From assembly GCF_006345805.1 (NCBI RefSeq), contig NC_043004.1, forward strand, positions 100,502,001-100,566,000: a stretch of 64,000 nucleotides of DNA, read 5' to 3'. The notes below the pieces were generated by a model. It made no database searches. It was given only the letters and a program-made list of their open reading frames with translations, and was not told where the DNA came from. The position numbers and the translations under genes were made by a program. The stretch comes from Octopus sinensis. Its lineage: Eukaryota. This document shows, in pieces, positions 63,518 through 64,000 of the stretch (positions are counted from its first letter, which is position 1; each line of letters begins with the position of its first letter).

Positions 63518-64000
63518 ATCCCATTTAGGTAGCAGATATACTTTACGATATATATATATATATATTGGTTGATTTCCTGTATAGTATTCTTGTTATTTTC
63601 TCGTTTTGTAACTAATTGTACTTTTTGTACATGTATTTTTATTTTTGCAGTTTTACCGTTTGTCTATGCCAGAAAAAAGGCTTTTTCGTTCGTCCTCTTG
63701 TGTTTGTTTTTGTACATGTATTTTAATTTTGCAGTCTTATTGTTACGTCTTGTTTGTGTTCGTACTCATTTTGCCCCGCTGCTTGGAATTTTATTTTAAT
63801 TCTCTCGCAGGAAGGCCTATTGGATTAGTGTTCTGTTATGCCTTCGAAACATGCCTGACTCCTCTAGCGACAGCTGATGACGGGGGTTTTGTCCTTGTGT
63901 AGCTCGTCCTGTATTTGTTTTTCGTTTTCTTGTTTTTCGTTTTCCGTTTTCTTGTTTTTTGTTTTTTGGCTTTTTCCGTTTCTCTGTCTTATTGTGATGT

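Noticed and set aside
63800-63860. AAGGC..GCCTT-CGAAACATG hammerhead-like string
   Set aside because: The CUGANGA core is absent (two or more changes needed) and stem I is not evident.

Overview
This is AT-rich, repeat-saturated animal genomic DNA. The SINE repertoire and microsatellite density suggest a coleoid cephalopod, probably Octopus (inference). I cannot support any host protein-coding exon, tRNA, rRNA or CRISPR array; almost all long ORFs in the track are microsatellite translations. Retroelements present: five tRNA-headed SINE families (labelled A-E here), decayed L1/Tx1-like, RTE-like and R4/Dong-like LINE fragments, and a Penelope-like (Naiad/Chlamys-type) RT relic. DNA elements present: four Tc1/mariner elements or fragments plus a DD37D element, two non-autonomous Helitrons and several long fold-back palindromes. 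The strongest observation is SINE family E, with two copies (one bounded by a 15-bp TSD). It joins a tRNA-like Pol III head and an (AAT)n spacer to a Penelope-type 3' tail carrying a minimal hammerhead ribozyme. Also notable: an L1/Tx1-like LINE sits within (GATA)n arrays, its 3' end matches the tail of SINE family B, and family B forms tandem arrays with a recurrent identical junction. One Tc1-like element has DD36E (Incomer-type) spacing. All alignments and folds were done by eye; no database searches were run.
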